IMG/VR virus record: IMGVR_UViG_3300042568_000222
DNA length: 64,000 nucleotides
Reading direction: 5' to 3' (one strand)
Source of the DNA: an uncultured virus (IMG/VR IMGVR_UViG_3300042568_000222)
Lineage: Duplodnaviria > Heunggongvirae > Uroviricota > Caudoviricetes > Crassvirales
Shown here: in pieces, positions 49,101-58,849 of the stretch
Position numbering within the stretch: the first letter of the stretch is position 1
Layout: each line of letters starts with the position of its first letter
The notes under the pieces: model-generated
Told to the model about the DNA's origin: nothing
The model's database searches: none
The model's input: the letters and a program-made list of their open reading frames with translations, nothing else
Made by a program: the position numbers and the translations under genes

Positions 49101-52100
49101 ATGTCATGCACAACATGATTACGGTGAAGGCGAAGAGAGACGGGATATCCGTAGAGGATATGTACAACAAGATCGGTTGGACGCAGAGAGAAGACAAGCT
49201 CAACGCAAACATCAACGACAACGTACCCCTGTTCCAGCCAGACCTCAAGCTGCCCAGCGGCATAAGCATCAGGTACAACAAGAACAAAGAGGCTTTTGAA
49301 ATTCTTGAGCAAGACGGGTTTATCACCAGAGACAAATCAATAACCGATTTCGATGGTTTTATGGCTGTCCACCAGCCAGACGATATGGGGGCCTTGGAGA
49401 TTGCGGATGAAGAAGATAACGTAATCGTCAAGGGCAAGGGTGGTATGTTCTGGGCTGTGTTGAATCATGGGCTGGGACACGTATGGGCTGCTGGAAACAA
49501 GAAGGCGGCTAACTCATTTGCCAAGTTGATCAATGACGCAGCCAGCAAGACTCCTGGCGGTCATGCACGTTTGGCACTAACCTCTGGTGGTAAGAGCAAG
49601 AACCTGTCGAATTACCTGTCGGCTCTGGGGATTGTAGACACAATCATATACTGGTCAAATAGCGACAAGTTTAACGTGTCGAAAGACAAGGTTAGAATAC
49701 TGCTGAACGAAGCTACCTTGATGTTTGAGGACAAGCTCCTCAAGAAGATCAATGACCCAAAGGTTGATGAAGCCGAAAAGGCTGATATGCGTGCAACGCT
49801 TGATCTTTTGATTAAAGCCAATGTAAACCCAAACACACCCATAGAGCAGACACGTGCATTGCTTGTAGAGGCACTTCGTCCGCCTCTTTCGTTTGGCGAC
49901 AGAAGGTTGTTTGTGGATGCTGTATTTAGAGGGATCAACAATTCCATTGCAGACATAGAATCTGTAAATCAGATCATTGGGTTCTTCAGAGATGGTATGG
50001 AAAACCCATACTTCAAAACCAAGTACCAGAAAGAAGGGAAGGAATCCTACTCAGTTCCTTTGGCTGCATTGGAAGATGGGTTCTCATGGATGCTTGCAGA
50101 ACCGTACATCAGAGACATTTCTAGAAACAACAAAGGGACTGGTTATGTGTACGCTGTTGTAGAAGTAGAGAGACCCAACGGCATGAGTCCAACTGAGCCA
50201 CTTGTACGTGCAAGAAGAGACGACTCACACGAAGCTTACCCATACCTGATTGAAACGGTTAACAATGACATCAACGTCAAGTTGCATATCCTAAAGGACA
50301 ATATGCACTGGCAAGAGATATTTGGGAATCCTGCAACGAATGACCTGCTTTATAGCCAAGACGATCCATATAACGCAGCTGAACTCGCTGAACTGAACAC
50401 AATAGACAAACTGTTTAAGGATAAAAAATCAAAGCGAGGTCTTACTAAAGCACAGAAGGCCAGACAGGAGTACTTGAAAACTGCTTCGAGACTGTTCCCA
50501 CCCACGTCTGGGGTGAGTATGGCTCCACTCCCGATTGTCGAGTCAGTTCGTCAAAAGGCTATAGCGGCAGCCCAAGGTAACCCTGTAGAGTCTACTCCGA
50601 TCAAACCAAACTACAGCGCAACACAGACAGACAACAGGGCTGAGGTAGTAGACGTTAACGGCAATCCCGTTTACTTTCAGAACCGCAGAGCAGCAGTACT
50701 TATCCAAGAAAACAAGTACACCATCTTCGCCCTCACCAATCCAGACGTGTCCTCTCCTATCCACGAGATGGCACACATCTTCGAGGATTCGTTGACGGCT
50801 GATGAGAGAAACAGCGTACTGACTTGGGCGGGCCATTCAGAATGGACGGTAGAGACCAGCGAGATGTTTGCTTCTGGAGCAGAGAAGTTCATCCACGAAG
50901 GAGTCTCCGCTGATCCGAAGGTCAAGAAAGTCTTCCAGAAGTTCGTTGACTGGTTGGAGACAATCTACATGGGTATCAAGGGTAGCCCACTTGAGTTGCA
51001 GTTGAACGATGATATGCGTGCTATCTACGAGCGCATCTTCAATCCCAGCAACTTAGACAACGTAACCCACGAGTACGGAGAAGAGTCTGGTGCTATGCAA
51101 GACAGGACGCTAAACCAAGGTCCTGTGAACTCCAGCGAATGGGTTCCTCGCAACCTTAGTTACTTCCAAGAAAGTGTCATCAGCTTTAGGAAGTTCTGGC
51201 AATCAAGCATGGCTAGACTTCTGGATGTACAGGATCGTATTGTTTCGTCTCAAGGCGATCTCGTTCCTATAGAACAGGACTTCAGATTGCGTAGAGACCT
51301 CATGCCTCAGAGGGTAGCATACAGGCAGGAGGCTGTGTTTGAAAGACTCAACCAATACGCTGAGATGCTGAAGGCTGCAAAGCTTACTAACGAAGATGTA
51401 CACGCCTATCTCATGCTTGCCCACGCAGACGAACGCGATGCCCTCGTGTTGTCTAGAGACGGTATAGAGTTTGGGTCTGGATTAACGCCAGATAGAAGGG
51501 TTGAAATGATTGAGCAAATTGCAGGTAAGGAGGAGGCGATAAAGCCAATCGCAGATATGCTGTATAAGGAGATCAAGATTGCACAGTCTCATCTTGTTGA
51601 TTATCAGCTTGAAAGCCAAAGCACCATTGATGCTTGGAACCAGATGTTCTCTAACTACGTTCCTCTTGATGGTATTGCCGCAGACGAAAGCAGCACGGTT
51701 GAGTCGCTGTACCCCAGAGGCGGAACTGGTCTTGCTGTTAAAGGCAAGATGTTCAAGAGAATTAAGGGTAGAAAAACGGAGGTAAGCAATATCCCTGCAA
51801 ACATCTTCAACCTGTCAGCTCAGGTCATTGCCAAGGGCGAGAAGAACAATGTGATGCAGTCTTTGGCTGCTTTGGTAAACAACAACAAAGCGCCAGAGTT
51901 CTGGGAAATCATCTCTAAACCAGAGTACGAGAACAAGTTGAGCAAGGATGACAAGAAGAAGGCTGTAGAGTTTCGTTACAAGGGGAAGCAGTTCTATGTC
52001 TCCTTCAAGGGCAGGTATGGAGAAAGTCTTTCTAGATCACTCCAGAATATGGATGTTGTGAAGGTGGATAAGTTCTCAAAGCTTATGTCTCAACTGTTTA

Positions 52101-53806
52101 TCAGCGTCATACGTAAGACTACAACTACAGCTTCTCCTACGTTCTTTATCCCAAACAGCATCAGGGACTTTGAGCAAGCAATCATCTTTGCGATCAACGA
52201 GAGTGAAATCGAAGGAGGCTACATCTTTGGTACTGAGTTTGGCACAGGAGACTTTATAAAAGCTACAGCCCAAACTGCTTTTGAACTCTTCACGACAATG
52301 AAGAAGGGTAGCATGAAGCAGGAGTACAGAGATCGGTATGAGGAGTATGTTTCTTTAGGCGGAAAGACAGGCTTTTCTCAAGCAAACAATCTGCAAGATG
52401 TAATAGAAAAGATTGATGACCTTTTGGCTACTGGAACTGCTGCGGACATAAAGAAAATGGGGGCTAAGGTGTACGAGTACACCATCGGGGTAATTGAGAA
52501 CATAAACGAAAGGTTTGAAGATTCTATCAGGCTTGCAACTTATATCGCTGCTGTTCGGGCTGGAGCAGACAAGGAGCGAGCGGCTCAACTAGCTAAGAAC
52601 GTCACGGTTAACTTCAACGAGTCTGGTGACTTCACCCATACTATGGGTTCTCACTATATCTTCTTTAACGCTGGCGTGCAAGGCGTTCGCAACTCATTCA
52701 GACTTCTGACGAAACTCAAGCCGCCAGTAAAAAGGAACGGTGAATCACGTGAGTGGTATGAGCGGATTAGCCCTGGACAAAAGTCGTTGGCTTCTTTCGC
52801 TGCGTTGGGTCTCATGATAACGATGTACAACCTGTCCATGTCTGATGAAGACGAGTCTGGCACAGAGGAGTACGCTCAGATTGATGACTTCTACAAGCAG
52901 AGATCGATCATACTTATGGGCGGGGAGAATAGAATTCAAGTCCCTCTGTCTTATGGACTTAGCCCCTATTACAACCTTGGGGTTATTATGGCTGAATCTG
53001 CCGCTGGATTGAGGAATCCGTGGGAAGCCACTGCGTTTATGGCTGAATCAATCATAACTGGCTTCTCTCCCATGTCCATTGCCACAAACTCAGAGACGCT
53101 CGAAGGGAAGATTTTCCGCACCGTTGTTCCATCCTACATCAAGGCGGGTATAGAGAATGCTTTGAACGAGAACTACAAAGGGGAGAAGTTCTTGCGTGAA
53201 CGTATGCCAGGCGAAACCACCCCAAGTTCACAGCTCTCAAAGAATGCCCCCGATTGGATGAGGGAGGTGTTTAAGGATATAAATGAACTGACTGGTGGAA
53301 GTGTTGAACGATCTGGAGCCATTGACGCAAACCCAGACTACATCTGGCACTGGATGGAATCTTACTACGGTGGGCTTGGAAACACCATTGGCAAGACAGC
53401 AAAGACTGGAAGGGCTTTGTTTGAGGGCGCTCCTGTGTCCCCGTATGATGTCCCGTTGATGTCAACTGTGTACAAGGAGAAGTCCCGTACATACCACCCA
53501 AGATTGTACAGGGAGCGTAAGCTTGAGGTACAACAACTGTACGACGAGTACAACAACCCAGAAGCTAGACAGCCAGATCCTACGAAGCAGTTGTATAGAG
53601 GTGTCGGAACCTTGAACAACGAAATCAAGCAGGTAGAGAAGACGATGAAGGAACTGCGTAGACAAGAGCGTCTGGTGAGAAACTCTATGACGATGGACTA
53701 TGCAGAGAAGCAGAACCGACTGACAGATATAAGAGACGCGCAGTTTAGAGTGTACTTACTATTTAACAAGATGTACAATGAAACGAGAGGGCAGGAAGAA
53801 AATTAA
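46130..53806 (+). CDS. Large polyvalent/ejection protein with zincin motif and LPD38-like C-terminus
   Basis: Gly/Ala hydrophobic segment, IHEMAH..EMFA, NYVPL, AKNVTVNFN.SG..YIFFNAGVQG. Confidence 0.8.
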   Translation: MNENFEKLYKYLYDNGSTTLGRDEFYGIYASEPDQYEKLYGHLLDKGLTTLSSDAFYDEYFGNQKKKETSNVPQVYQPPLAKLQQQQRGITGSRVSEGQSADVIEPFSYTPKEQLFLQNVALRDATTVAGYTDRQWRDAQIGKVGGGEKAERDYLPLAAAINLPNNPAASFAAQAVADIPIVGDYIDDLARSLAYGSTQNDAFAAAFDLMEDKKEKGRVTSENLSRYIEETKNKERFETLYGVTQETEDLFKTIEEEGNTVYGLLKGIWQNPTSAPLISAQMLPLMLNQKSVSAAAATIAAGAGVGAGVGVLAGGVGAIPGAGVGALESIPIAMGVAAGSMEKAASFGQYLNEALEARGLEFNDENISMVLNNPSIYADIYTRASKRANTIGIVSAMTSLAAGAYAAHASSAGYSKLTTGLVSAGIGTVGEGLGEGLAQVRAGDDINAAEIGLEMIGGPGEALVTAGTEYIRNRRQKIVEPIATAKNPVIDKDNPYKINGSPVSREDLMATLNAVPAEEFSEYTFDYGDDAELREAVRDKAMKSKTLIQALQMDEFKDMDAADLKQLVDLQTRRQTLLEGATEASINTSSPLIRTQVQEIDSQIEAITSKYMAKPVQEAVQETPDTTVRELINRPVSISSFGVSKNGTPIDGDMYLDGQTVVVDDGNTIYELGSAAEILDKPASELGVTSQKSEVTITPDGRFNIEGKNYVSQLDLPTYGIEYDDAGRPFRVSLKEADGEQRMMIEGQKAVDAAYQILLQQAQSPQQAERVNQALEQNEEFQRDYAAAAATRDTDRLAKPRKVVPVAQRKANPVSKTGASAATASRNVRRSFKKVTQDLLTASTPQQTAKALSDYDFLINNNLTPTRQAQKVYDEVKKQFEGQGYTYNDGISIGAEYTPEMAADITELPSNNIPVGKTVVSGIVEPSVTQNGEVVQKAKVVAHTGVGKKKGGKKAMKEEDGVFIAQNKKQMQELLINLFGLPPDQAKAAADVMHNMITVKAKRDGISVEDMYNKIGWTQREDKLNANINDNVPLFQPDLKLPSGISIRYNKNKEAFEILEQDGFITRDKSITDFDGFMAVHQPDDMGALEIADEEDNVIVKGKGGMFWAVLNHGLGHVWAAGNKKAANSFAKLINDAASKTPGGHARLALTSGGKSKNLSNYLSALGIVDTIIYWSNSDKFNVSKDKVRILLNEATLMFEDKLLKKINDPKVDEAEKADMRATLDLLIKANVNPNTPIEQTRALLVEALRPPLSFGDRRLFVDAVFRGINNSIADIESVNQIIGFFRDGMENPYFKTKYQKEGKESYSVPLAALEDGFSWMLAEPYIRDISRNNKGTGYVYAVVEVERPNGMSPTEPLVRARRDDSHEAYPYLIETVNNDINVKLHILKDNMHWQEIFGNPATNDLLYSQDDPYNAAELAELNTIDKLFKDKKSKRGLTKAQKARQEYLKTASRLFPPTSGVSMAPLPIVESVRQKAIAAAQGNPVESTPIKPNYSATQTDNRAEVVDVNGNPVYFQNRRAAVLIQENKYTIFALTNPDVSSPIHEMAHIFEDSLTADERNSVLTWAGHSEWTVETSEMFASGAEKFIHEGVSADPKVKKVFQKFVDWLETIYMGIKGSPLELQLNDDMRAIYERIFNPSNLDNVTHEYGEESGAMQDRTLNQGPVNSSEWVPRNLSYFQESVISFRKFWQSSMARLLDVQDRIVSSQGDLVPIEQDFRLRRDLMPQRVAYRQEAVFERLNQYAEMLKAAKLTNEDVHAYLMLAHADERDALVLSRDGIEFGSGLTPDRRVEMIEQIAGKEEAIKPIADMLYKEIKIAQSHLVDYQLESQSTIDAWNQMFSNYVPLDGIAADESSTVESLYPRGGTGLAVKGKMFKRIKGRKTEVSNIPANIFNLSAQVIAKGEKNNVMQSLAALVNNNKAPEFWEIISKPEYENKLSKDDKKKAVEFRYKGKQFYVSFKGRYGESLSRSLQNMDVVKVDKFSKLMSQLFISVIRKTTTTASPTFFIPNSIRDFEQAIIFAINESEIEGGYIFGTEFGTGDFIKATAQTAFELFTTMKKGSMKQEYRDRYEEYVSLGGKTGFSQANNLQDVIEKIDDLLATGTAADIKKMGAKVYEYTIGVIENINERFEDSIRLATYIAAVRAGADKERAAQLAKNVTVNFNESGDFTHTMGSHYIFFNAGVQGVRNSFRLLTKLKPPVKRNGESREWYERISPGQKSLASFAALGLMITMYNLSMSDEDESGTEEYAQIDDFYKQRSIILMGGENRIQVPLSYGLSPYYNLGVIMAESAAGLRNPWEATAFMAESIITGFSPMSIATNSETLEGKIFRTVVPSYIKAGIENALNENYKGEKFLRERMPGETTPSSQLSKNAPDWMREVFKDINELTGGSVERSGAIDANPDYIWHWMESYYGGLGNTIGKTAKTGRALFEGAPVSPYDVPLMSTVYKEKSRTYHPRLYRERKLEVQQLYDEYNNPEARQPDPTKQLYRGVGTLNNEIKQVEKTMKELRRQERLVRNSMTMDYAEKQNRLTDIRDAQFRVYLLFNKMYNETRGQEEN

Positions 53807-54242
53807 AGATACCAAGGTGGGAACTTGGTTGAAGGAAAAGGCTCCTGGGGTTCTTGATACTGTAGGTGACCTTCTCCCCGACAACGGGGCATTGGGGGTG
53901 GTCAAGCGGCTCATTGATCTTGAACCAAATATGACGGCTCAAGAGAAAATGGAGTTTGAGAAGATGCTGCTTGATTATGAGGCCAATGCACAGGATAACG
54001 TGACTGAAAGATGGAAGGCAGACATGATGTCTGACTCATGGCTTTCTAAGAACATCAGACCCATGATGTTGGTGTTCCTTGTTTTATCATTTACTATATT
54101 TGCTTTGTTTGACAGCATAGACAAAATAAACTTTAGCGTTAAGGATGTCTATGTTGACACGATGGGTATACTTATGACTACAGCCTTTACAGCATACTTT
54201 GCTGGAAGGTCTTATGAAAAGGTTCAAATTAAACGAAGATGA
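53778..54242 (+). CDS. Holin (3TM/GTA-holin-like)
   Basis: RWKADMMSDSWLSKNIRP, two TM helices, AYFAGRSYEK. Confidence 0.8.
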   Translation: MKREGRKKIKDTKVGTWLKEKAPGVLDTVGDLLPDNGALGVVKRLIDLEPNMTAQEKMEFEKMLLDYEANAQDNVTERWKADMMSDSWLSKNIRPMMLVFLVLSFTIFALFDSIDKINFSVKDVYVDTMGILMTTAFTAYFAGRSYEKVQIKRR

Positions 54243-55390
54243 TACGGTTCTTTCTCTTGTCGGCGCTCATCACTCTCGCGCAAGTGCTTCCAGCACAAGA
54301 AGAGTGTTTTGTGATGGGGCCACAGGAGGATGTACTTCCAAAGAACCATGCGAAGAATAGAACTGCCTATTCTCAAAAACAAATCAAGTGCGTTGTGCAT
54401 ATCCTTTGGGATACAGCCTTCGCCAACAGCATGATTCCAGAGGATGTCATTGTTGATGCTATGGATCAACTTAATGTAGACTTCGATGGGACAGACATCT
54501 CGTTTACGTTAGAAGACATTGACTACACGAACCTGAACAACTTCACGTGGGCATCTTCATACAGAGCAAGTAACGGCGTTTGCTTCCCTCAGTATGGGAC
54601 GCAGATGGCTCAGTGGACCAATATGGTTAGATGGAATACGGCAGAGTACTGCAACATCTACGTTGCCCCAGACCTCTGCTCATCGATCCTTGGTTTTGCA
54701 TGGGTCACATACCTTCCGTATAGCGTGTTGGATGGGGTGTGGGTGGAGACGGAGGTGATGGGGACATACGGGCCTCACCTCACATTCAGGTTTGAGAATG
54801 AAACTCTTACTCACGAGGTTGGTCACTACTGTGGACTGCATCATGTGTTTAAGAACGGCGCAAGCGCCATCTCTAACTGCGGTCAATACCTAGGCCCTTG
54901 CGAACACAGCGGAGACTACGTGTGCGACACGCCTCCTACAAAGGTTAGCCAAGGCTGTCCAGATGTTCCAGGGTATCATTGCCCATTGATGAATTACGGA
55001 GGGGTGCAGTTCTACCCCAACAATCATATGGACTACTGCCCAGAAGAATGCAGAGACGTGTTTACGGACGGACAGATAGAGCGTATGCACGCCATGCTTG
55101 AATACCAGAGGTCTGAATTGTTTTCTGATGATGTATTCTGTTTTGGTGATCTGAATGGAGATTGCCACGTAGGTACAAACGACCTTCTGGTAATTTTATC
55201 AAATATAGGCTGTGAATTCTGTACCGAAGGGGACATTGATTTAGACCACATGGTCACGTCAAATGACATACTATATTTATTGAATGTATATGGTCAGCAG
55301 TGCAATTGTGACCAGATAATGACTCCAGAGCTAGTAGGCACAAAGCCAGAGAATATACACGAACTACTTGAAAAACTGAATAGACAATGA
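54239..55390 (+). CDS. M43 (pappalysin/ulilysin-like) zinc metalloprotease with signal peptide and two dockerin-like repeats
   Basis: HEVGHYCGLHH, GDYVCDTPP, NHMDY Met-turn, FTDGQIERM, GDLNGDCHVGTNDLL. Confidence 0.9.
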   Translation: MIRFFLLSALITLAQVLPAQEECFVMGPQEDVLPKNHAKNRTAYSQKQIKCVVHILWDTAFANSMIPEDVIVDAMDQLNVDFDGTDISFTLEDIDYTNLNNFTWASSYRASNGVCFPQYGTQMAQWTNMVRWNTAEYCNIYVAPDLCSSILGFAWVTYLPYSVLDGVWVETEVMGTYGPHLTFRFENETLTHEVGHYCGLHHVFKNGASAISNCGQYLGPCEHSGDYVCDTPPTKVSQGCPDVPGYHCPLMNYGGVQFYPNNHMDYCPEECRDVFTDGQIERMHAMLEYQRSELFSDDVFCFGDLNGDCHVGTNDLLVILSNIGCEFCTEGDIDLDHMVTSNDILYLLNVYGQQCNCDQIMTPELVGTKPENIHELLEKLNRQ

Positions 55391-58300
55391 GACCAAGGAA
55401 GCGGTATAAGGTTGGTTATAACGAGCAGATTAAGGACAACGCCAAGAGCGCATATCTTATTAAAGAATCCCTGAACAAGGGTACGCTGAAGCCGCCATCC
55501 GACGCGATGGTCGATCCGTCTGGCAACCCGTACGTCTTTGCCCTTCCTGCCGCTATTGTTGGGGAGGAGTACACGCGTGACGAACAGGGTAGAATTACAT
55601 TCTCGTCTCCCCTGCAAAGGAGCAACTACTTCTACAACAGGAACCTTGGGGAAGAGGGGATTAGCCAGGCCAGGGAGATGGAGGCATCGGTACGAGAGGG
55701 GACTACCAATGCCGTTCAAGGTGCATTGCAAGCTTATGCTGCCTTCTCTGAGCCTCTGGGCTATTTGCAGAAGGCGCTGGTTACAGCGCCATTGGCGCAA
55801 GCTATGGGCAAGCTGGATGAAGTGAATCTTAATCCTGTGGCTATGCTTTCTGGGCAAGACCCAGGTATCTCATCACCTTCAGAAGCACTGGGCATTGAGA
55901 ATCCTATCGGGGCGTTTGCTGTAGACGCTCTTACAGACCCATTGAACTTTGCAGGTGCAGGTCTATTATCTGCAATCAGGAAGCAGCGAATGAAGGGCGC
56001 TGACATCCCGTTCGATCTGCCAGAAGGAGTTGGGGGAGGTGGCCCACCTCGAAACCTGCCTAGCGGGGATGGAGGAACCCCGAAGAAGAAGCCAAACAGA
56101 TACCTCCCAGCACCGCTTGGAGATAACGCATTTGTACCTAAGTCATTGATGGATCAGGGTATTTTGGCAAAACAAGCTAGGCCAGACGGAACATTGCCAG
56201 CAAGCGCTTTCGCAAACACCATGAACAGCGATAACCTATCTGCTGGGGACAAAACATATATCAGGAGAGCTTTAGAGTTAACGCCAGAAGCAGTTAACAA
56301 TAAGGGAGATGTAAATCTTGATCTTTTGAGGGTAGCGGTTCACAACCTATATAACCCAAAAGTAACCACAACTGAAAAATTTGCTAATTATAACATAGAA
56401 GCTATTAGATCGCCAGAAAGAGGATCGATAACATTTGATGGGCTTGAAGCCGTTGACACGAATGATGCGGACCAAGTGCTTGTTGAACTAAAAAACTCTG
56501 GCATAAACATAGACGAAGATGTTTATGACAATGTAGTTTATCCGCTTACCAGATGGGGAAATAAAAATCTTGTGTTTGGAGATGATTTAACTGGAAACAA
56601 GCTGAAACCATTGTCAGATTATATCGATCCGTTTTCATTGGTTGAAAAAACGACAAGTCACATGATGGAATCGGTATTTAGCAAGCCATTAACCGATAAA
56701 AATGGAAGAAAATTACCAGATAATTTGCAAACAACGCTAGGTCCATTCATAAAGTTTGAATATGGAGAATTTGTACCAAATTTTTCTGGTAACTACGAAA
56801 GCGAAATATTTCCAATTCTTAGTGAAGTAGCTGATCATGAACAGAAGAAAGTGATAATAAACGAGTTTGCCAAGTCGGCTAACGACATGAGCTACATTAC
56901 AGAAAGGATAAGCGAATATGATCCTGAAGAATTTAGTCAAGTTATTTCTCAATTAGACGAAGATTTATTTTCTCCAGAAAATTCTCAATCGCTTAAAGAA
57001 GCTGTAATTGAAAGTCACCCAATTTTAAGCATTACAGAAAATTTAGACTTTGATTTTGATAATGCGTTTCTTGGAAGGTTGATTTTAAAAAAACTTGAAG
57101 ACATTGACAATCCAGGGTCTAGGGCAAACTTTAGAAAACTATTTGACGACGATGATATAAACTATGAGGACATACCAAATGCGTATTTAAAAGAAGAAAG
57201 CTATAATTTTGGAAATTTTTTGAATTTTTTAATGGATGATCAATCAGATAGTAAGGAAACAAAAGTTTTTAACGCTAAACAAAACGCCATTAATTCGTCT
57301 CGGTCTAGATTAGAAACTGCAATTAGTCGTTTAAATGATTACTATTATGGCTTAGATCATATACAAAAATTAAGAACCGAATTAGGCCGCCAAGTAGAAG
57401 GGCTGTCTACTAATGCGTATTTGCCAGGAGGTGTTAAAAAAGAAATAATTTCGTTTCTTTTAGGAACGTCTAGCAATCCATTCGATCAAGATAATTTGAT
57501 CACACTTGATATTAATTCAGAACAAATTAAATATTATGAAAATCCACTTGCATATTTTACTTTAGAAAAAAGGCCAATTGAACACATTGCAGAATATCTA
57601 ACAGCAAGAAATGGCCGAAATATAATGAACGATAATGATGTATACAGCTTTATAGATTTCCTGTCTAAACTGGGGCTTAAAATTCCAGATGGATTAGAGG
57701 ACCTTCATTTTCAAATAGCTAACGAGGTTAAAAATGTTGCTATTACGCTTAGCAACATTGAAAGATATTTTGAGAATTCTATGTTAGGTTTAAATGAATT
57801 ATTTCTTGCCTCTTCAAATAATTCATTCTTAAATGCTGAAGTTTCACCTACTAAGCTATCTAAATCGTTAAATTACATAACATATATGTCGGAGACAGCG
57901 AAAGCCCTTAAAAATGTAAAACAACGCAAGCTGTCACAAAGAAATAAAGCCTTACAAAGCCTTGTTGAGAAGGGCAAAGACCCATCAAAAATAAATGTTG
58001 GCAGAACTGTGTTCTTACTTTCAGCAAATTCGATGTTGACTGAAAGTGGTTTTAGAGGTCCAAAACAATCCGACGTTTTTAACGATGAATTGCAGATGTT
58101 TATGCACGAAGGTACGCACTGGAAAGGCACTGAATCTCCAGAAGCGTGGGGTCACATTAGGGTGAATGTAGACTTAGAATATCCAGAAGTACTTCAAGTG
58201 CATGAATCTCAATCTGATTTGTTTCAAACTGGCAAAAGGTATGTTGAAATGGGGATCAATAGGCCAAGAAGTGAGTTTAATGAGTTTGAGGCCCCGTTTT

Positions 58301-58779
58301 TAAAGCAATTAAAAGATGTAGAGACATACCAAAGAACACAGCTTTACAAATCTATTCAAATAGCTATAAATAATGGTCAAACACAAATTGCTTATCCCAC
58401 TAAAGAAACGGCTACCATTATTCAGGGATACAAAACTCAAGAAGATTGGCGCGATGAACTCGACTTTGACGAAAGAATAAGAAAGGCTTCTACCCCAGTA
58501 TATCACCTAAAAAGCAAAGACAATACGTTTGATGAAGTAGAAAGCGCCTCTCGTGAAAACATAAGAGAGCGTTATGAAACTCAAGCTAGATTTGCTGCTA
58601 AAGAATTAAATGTCACGTTAAGGAAAGAAAGAATGAGGGGGTACTACTATTACGTATTTGACATCCCAGAGAAATTCTTGAAGAGAGAAGCTGAGATGCC
58701 TACGTTTGAAAAGGGTGGTAAGTTTAAAATAAATAAGATTGTACCCAAGAAGTTCCTTAGGGCCATGAAGAAAAAATAA
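55387..58779 (+). CDS. Large hypothetical protein, probable internal virion protein, with C-terminal FEKGG tag
   Basis: 1130 aa; DALTDPLNF, WGHIRV..VHESQSD, FEKGGKFK. Confidence 0.7.
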   Translation: MRPRKRYKVGYNEQIKDNAKSAYLIKESLNKGTLKPPSDAMVDPSGNPYVFALPAAIVGEEYTRDEQGRITFSSPLQRSNYFYNRNLGEEGISQAREMEASVREGTTNAVQGALQAYAAFSEPLGYLQKALVTAPLAQAMGKLDEVNLNPVAMLSGQDPGISSPSEALGIENPIGAFAVDALTDPLNFAGAGLLSAIRKQRMKGADIPFDLPEGVGGGGPPRNLPSGDGGTPKKKPNRYLPAPLGDNAFVPKSLMDQGILAKQARPDGTLPASAFANTMNSDNLSAGDKTYIRRALELTPEAVNNKGDVNLDLLRVAVHNLYNPKVTTTEKFANYNIEAIRSPERGSITFDGLEAVDTNDADQVLVELKNSGINIDEDVYDNVVYPLTRWGNKNLVFGDDLTGNKLKPLSDYIDPFSLVEKTTSHMMESVFSKPLTDKNGRKLPDNLQTTLGPFIKFEYGEFVPNFSGNYESEIFPILSEVADHEQKKVIINEFAKSANDMSYITERISEYDPEEFSQVISQLDEDLFSPENSQSLKEAVIESHPILSITENLDFDFDNAFLGRLILKKLEDIDNPGSRANFRKLFDDDDINYEDIPNAYLKEESYNFGNFLNFLMDDQSDSKETKVFNAKQNAINSSRSRLETAISRLNDYYYGLDHIQKLRTELGRQVEGLSTNAYLPGGVKKEIISFLLGTSSNPFDQDNLITLDINSEQIKYYENPLAYFTLEKRPIEHIAEYLTARNGRNIMNDNDVYSFIDFLSKLGLKIPDGLEDLHFQIANEVKNVAITLSNIERYFENSMLGLNELFLASSNNSFLNAEVSPTKLSKSLNYITYMSETAKALKNVKQRKLSQRNKALQSLVEKGKDPSKINVGRTVFLLSANSMLTESGFRGPKQSDVFNDELQMFMHEGTHWKGTESPEAWGHIRVNVDLEYPEVLQVHESQSDLFQTGKRYVEMGINRPRSEFNEFEAPFLKQLKDVETYQRTQLYKSIQIAINNGQTQIAYPTKETATIIQGYKTQEDWRDELDFDERIRKASTPVYHLKSKDNTFDEVESASRENIRERYETQARFAAKELNVTLRKERMRGYYYYVFDIPEKFLKREAEMPTFEKGGKFKINKIVPKKFLRAMKKK

Positions 58780-58849
58780 AGGGGAGCCGCCGTTGCGGCC
58801 CCCCTCCTTTGATATCAACAAACAACAAACTAGAACGCTATCGTCTAGC
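58772..58849 (-). ncRNA. Candidate small regulatory RNA (~75 nt)
   Basis: Consensus promoter TTTG(58884-58881)-N19-TATCTTTG(58861-58854), 5' hairpin, GU-rich single strand, terminator with U-tract; no ORF. Confidence 0.55.
58778..58810. terminator. Bidirectional intrinsic terminator
   Basis: GGGGAGCCGC-CGTT-GCGGCCCCCC flanked by an A-run and a T-run. Confidence 0.75.
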
